Below are positions 6,781-10,076 of a DNA stretch of 10,076 bases, in pieces. A program made the translations under genes and the position numbers. The notes under the pieces were generated by a model. It saw only the letters and a list, made by a program, of their open reading frames with translations. It had not been told where the DNA came from and ran no database searches. Location of the stretch: positions 1 through 10,076 of the forward strand of contig NW_021827736.1 in assembly GCF_006345805.1 (NCBI RefSeq), in the 5' to 3' direction. Within the stretch, counting starts at the first letter, position 1, and each line of letters opens with the position of its first letter. This DNA comes from Octopus sinensis. Its lineage: Eukaryota.

Positions 6781-6945
6781 GGCGCAGGAGTGACTGTGTG
6801 GTAAGTAGCTTGTTTACCAACCACATGGTTCCGGGTTCAGTCCCACTGCGTGGCACCTTGGGCAAGTGTCTTCTACTATAGCCTTGGGCGGACCAAAGCC
6901 TTGTGAGTGGATTTGGTAGACGGAAACTGAAAGAAGCCCGTCGTA

Positions 6946-6982
<37 letters not shown>

Positions 6983-7185
6983 TTGTGTGTCTGTGTTTGT
7001 TCCCCTAGCATTGCTTGACAACCGATGCTGGTGTGTTTACGTCCCCGTCACTTAGCGGTTCGGCAAAAGAAACCGATAGAATAAGTACTGGGCTTACAAA
7101 AGAATAAGTCCCGGGGTCGAGTTGCTCGATTAAAGGCGGTGCTCCAGCATGGCTGCAGTCAAATGACTGAAACAAGTAAAAGAGT
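6781..7185 (+). mobile_element. tRNA-derived CORE-type SINE, copy 2
   Basis: Full-length match to 3789-4213 with a different internal microsatellite length. A TATA target duplication is possible. Confidence 0.88.
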
Positions 7186-7188
7186 ATA

Positions 7189-7378
7189 CCTGGCGAAATG
7201 CTAAGCAGTCTTTCATCCGTCTTTACGGTCTAAGTTCAAATTCTGCCAAGGTCAACTTTGCCATTCATCCCTTTGGGGGTTGATTAATTAAGTACCAGTT
7301 GAACACTGGGCCCGATGTAACTGACTTAATCCCTTCCCCCAAATTTGAGGCCCTGTGCTTCTAGCAGAAAGGATTATC
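7189..7378 (+). mobile_element. 5'-truncated, diverged SINE of a third family
   Basis: B-box-like AAGTTCAAATTC followed by GGTCAACTTTGCCATTCATCCCTTTGGGGGTTGATTAATTAAGTACC. This resembles the conserved central domain (Nin/Deu-type) of metazoan SINEs as recalled. Confidence 0.6.
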
Positions 7379-7458
7379 AAACTGGTGTTTGGAACATTAA
7401 TTAACATGAAATTTTGATAAAAATGGTTTAATTTATTGACGGAGATGTACTTGCATAG

Positions 7459-8230
7459 CAAGTGACCTGATCTGAGATCGTGTGCCGGAACGAAAACAGA
7501 TGCAGCATGGAAGATGTTTATAAGCTATTTGAAAACACACAAAAACCGTTAGATTCATTTCAACATTTAAATTTAATTTGCCAAAATATTTTCATCGCTT
7601 TGAGACCGCGACCTGCTCAATGACAAAATTCCGTGCAGTATGGAATTTTGTTAGTGAACAGGTCGCGGTCTCAAAGCGACGAAAATATTTTGGCAAATTA
7701 AATTTAAATGTTGAAGTGAATCTAATAGGCACAGGAGTGGCTGTGTGGTAAGTAGCTTGCTAATAAACCACATGGTTCTGGGCTCAGTCCCACTGCGTGG
7801 CATCTTGGGCAAGTGTCTTCTGCTATAGCCCTGGGCCGACCAATGCCTTGTGAGTGCATTTGGTAGACGGAAACTGAAAGAAGCCTGTCGTATATATGTT
7901 TATATATATATATGTATGTATGTGTTTGTGTGTCTGTGTTTGTACCCCTAGCATTGCTTGACAACCGATGCTGGTGTGTTTACGTCCCCATCACTTAGCG
8001 GTTCGGCAAAAGAGACTGATAGAATAAGTACTGGGCTTACAAAGAATAAGTCCCGGGGTCGATTTGCTCAACTAAAGGCGGTGCTCCAGCATGGCCGCAG
8101 TCAAATGACTGAAACATGTAAAAGAGTAAAGAGTAAACATGTAAAAGAGTAAAGAGTAATAGTTTTTGCATGTTTTCAAATGGCTTATAAACACCTTCCA
8201 CACTGCAATTGGTTTAATTTAGGTCACTTG
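7459..8230. mobile_element. Foldback/MITE-like palindromic element interrupted by a SINE
   Basis: The inner hairpin pairs 7549-7632 with 7642-7725 around a 9-nt loop. The right arm resumes at 8162-8207, pairing with 7501-7546. The outermost match is CAAGTGACCT 7459-7468 with AGGTCACTTG 8221-8230. Confidence 0.85.
7728..8156 (+). mobile_element. tRNA-derived CORE-type SINE, copy 3, with TAATA target-site duplication
   Basis: Matches copies 1 and 2. TAATA occurs at 7723-7727 and 8157-8161, and the tail has a 23-bp tandem duplication. Confidence 0.9.
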
Positions 8231-8319
8231 AAATTAGGGAGTTTGTATGTAAGAATCTGTGACATTCTCAGGTGGGTTTTGTATCAAAGAATTAAAGAAT
8301 CAGTGTATCAAGGACTATA

Positions 8320-8950
8320 GCCACCTGTCTGGCCCCTGTGCCGATGGCACATAAAAAGCACTATTAAAGCGTGGTCAATGCCAGTGCCACCTGACTGGCC
8401 CCTGTGCCAGTGACACATAAAAAGCACAATTAAAGTATGGCTGATGCCAGTGCCACCTGACTGGCCCCTGTGCCAGTGGCCATAAAACCATCATTAAGCA
8501 TGATTGATGCCAGTGCCACCTGACTGGCCCCTGTGCCAGTGACACATAAAAAGCACGATTAATGCATGATTGATGCCAGTGCCACCTGACTGGCCCCTGT
8601 GCCAGTGACACATAAAAAGCACAATTAAAGTATGGCTGATGCCAGTGCCACCTGACTGGCCCCTGTGCCAGTGGCACATAAAAAGCACGATTAATGCATG
8701 ATTGATGCCAGTGCCACCTGACTGGCCCCTGTGCCAGTGACACATAAAAAGCACAATTAAAGCGTGGCTGATGCCAGTGCCACCTGACTGGCCTCTGTGC
8801 TGGTGGCACGTAAAAACCACTATTAAAGCGTGGTCAATGCCAGTGCCACCTGACTGGCCCCTGTGTCAGTGGCACATAAAAAGCACTAATAAGCATGGTC
8901 AATGCCACTTCCACCTGACTGGCACCTGTGCCAGTGGGACGTAAAAAGAA
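8320..8950. repeat. Ten-copy 66-bp minisatellite
   Basis: The anchor CCACCTG occurs at 8321, 8387, 8453, 8516, 8582, 8648, 8714, 8780, 8846 and 8911. Confidence 0.95.
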
Positions 8951-9135
8951 CCCATTACATTCTCGGAGTGGTTGGCGTTAGGAAGGGCATCCAGCTGTAG
9001 GAACCTTGCCAGATCAGATCGGAGCTTGATGCAGCCTCCTGGCTTGCCAGACCCCGGTCGAACCGTCCAACCCATGCCAGCATGGAAAGTGGACGTTAAA
9101 CAATGATGATGATGATGATGATGATGATAATGATG
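8320..9135 (+). mobile_element. 3' end of an RTE-clade (Rex3/Expander-like) retroelement or derived SINE, with (GAT)n tail
   Basis: GGTTGGCGTTAGGAAGGGCATCCAGC and CCAACCCATGCCAGCATGGAAAGTGGACGTTAAAC followed by (GAT)n at 9103-9135 resemble recalled RTE 3' UTRs. No reverse transcriptase ORF is present. Confidence 0.6.
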
Positions 9136-9223
9136 TCTTCCCTTGTTGTTGTTGTTGTTGCTTAGTCCCAGGTAAGATCTGATCCACCTACCTGTGATCA
9201 AAGGTGATTTACCTGTGTCCATC

Positions 9224-9280
9224 CGTGGCTTAGTGGTCAGGGAATTTGGATCGCAATGGTCAGGTGGTGAGTTCGTTAAC
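9224..9280 (+). mobile_element. Degenerate tRNA-derived SINE head
   Basis: A-box TGGCTTAGTGG 9226-9236 and B-box-like GAGTTCG 9269-9275 at tRNA-like spacing. Confidence 0.45.
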
Positions 9281-9354
9281 AGGTACGGAGGCCCAACGGT
9301 ATCCATTAACCTCCCCCCCGCCCTCCACCCACCGAATAAAGTCAACTGTACTAT

Positions 9355-10045
9355 GATTAATACTGTCACCGCCACCACCACCACTGAAGCTGCTACTAAT
9401 ACTACTACTACTACTACCACTGCTGCTGCTACCACAAGCACTACCACTACTACTATTATTACTACTACTACTACTACTACTACTGCCACCAGCACTACTA
9501 GTACTGCTGCTGCAGCTACCACCACCAACGCCACCACCCCTACTACTACTGCTGCTGCTACCACAAGCACTACTACTATTACTACTACAACCACCACCAC
9601 ATCTAGTACTGCTATTACTACTACAGCCACCACCACATCTAGTACTGCTACAACTACAACTACTACTACCACCACTACTACTACCACCACTACTACTACC
9701 ACCACTACTACTACTACTAACACTACACTACACTGCTGCTGCTGCTACCACAAGCACTACTACTATTACTACTACAACCACCACCACATCTAGTACTGCT
9801 ATTACTACTACAGCCACCACCACATCTAGTACTGCTACTACTACTATCACCACTACTACTACCACCACCACTACTACTACTGCTGCAGCTACCACCACCA
9901 GCACCACCACCTCTACTACTACTACTACTGCTTCTATGCTACTACAACAACTACTACAACAACTACTACTACTACAACTACTACAACAACAACAACAACA
10001 CACTACTACTACTACTACTACTACTACAGCTGCGATGCTACACAA
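9355..10045. repeat. Long compound (ACT/ACC/GCT/ACA)n trinucleotide region
   Basis: Direct reading. It contains an exact 103-bp internal duplication (9549-9651 = 9736-9838). Confidence 0.92.
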
Positions 10046-10076
10046 CAGCACAGCGACCCACCCTGTCATCACAATG

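Noticed and set aside
8320-8950. CRISPR-like appearance (constant palindromic part plus variable part)
   Set aside because: The variable blocks are short, related and reused rather than unique spacers. There are no cas genes, and the context is eukaryotic.
3789-9280. tRNA genes at the A/B-box heads (3789, 5911, 6781, 7728, 9224)
   Set aside because: No complete cloverleaf or poly-T terminator is present, and the heads continue into SINE bodies.
2310-9354. Candidate U12 branch sites for the intron 3' end (CCTTAAC 2310 and 2625, TCCATTAAC 9302)
   Set aside because: The first two lie in repeats with no AC at suitable distance. The third has AC at 9327-9328, but the required frame stops after eight codons and is not LRR-like.
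8899-10072. Long poly-Val and Thr-rich (mucin-like) ORFs at 8899-9723, 9194-9793 and 9728-10072
   Set aside because: They are stop-free readings of (ACT/ACC)n. The internal duplicate is out of frame, no domain is recognisable, and the ORFs run into retroelement sequence.

Overview
AT-rich eukaryotic DNA that is almost entirely repeats. The SINE and LINE families resemble octopus (coleoid cephalopod) repeats as I recall them; this was not verified by search. The only credible coding sequence is one leucine-rich-repeat exon (1331/1340-1452, LRMDA/C10orf11-like). It ends exactly at an ATATCCTTT motif, the 5' splice site of an AT-AC minor (U12) intron, so the rest of the window is probably + strand intron. 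Between 2669 and 5886 there are eight type I hammerhead ribozyme motifs from four sequence families, carried on short elements joined through (TA)n tracts. They comprise a degenerate copy, a retrozyme-like tandem array plus an inverted copy, one motif inside 30-bp inverted repeats, and a canonical motif mirrored in both arms of a 676-bp palindrome. Also present are a 161-bp higher-order satellite, a 112-bp satellite, a chain of (CATA)n-tailed mini-elements, several tRNA-derived SINEs, a foldback element split by a SINE, an RTE-like 3' end with a 66-bp array, and long microsatellites. Nearly all ORFs in the supplied track are repeat artefacts.
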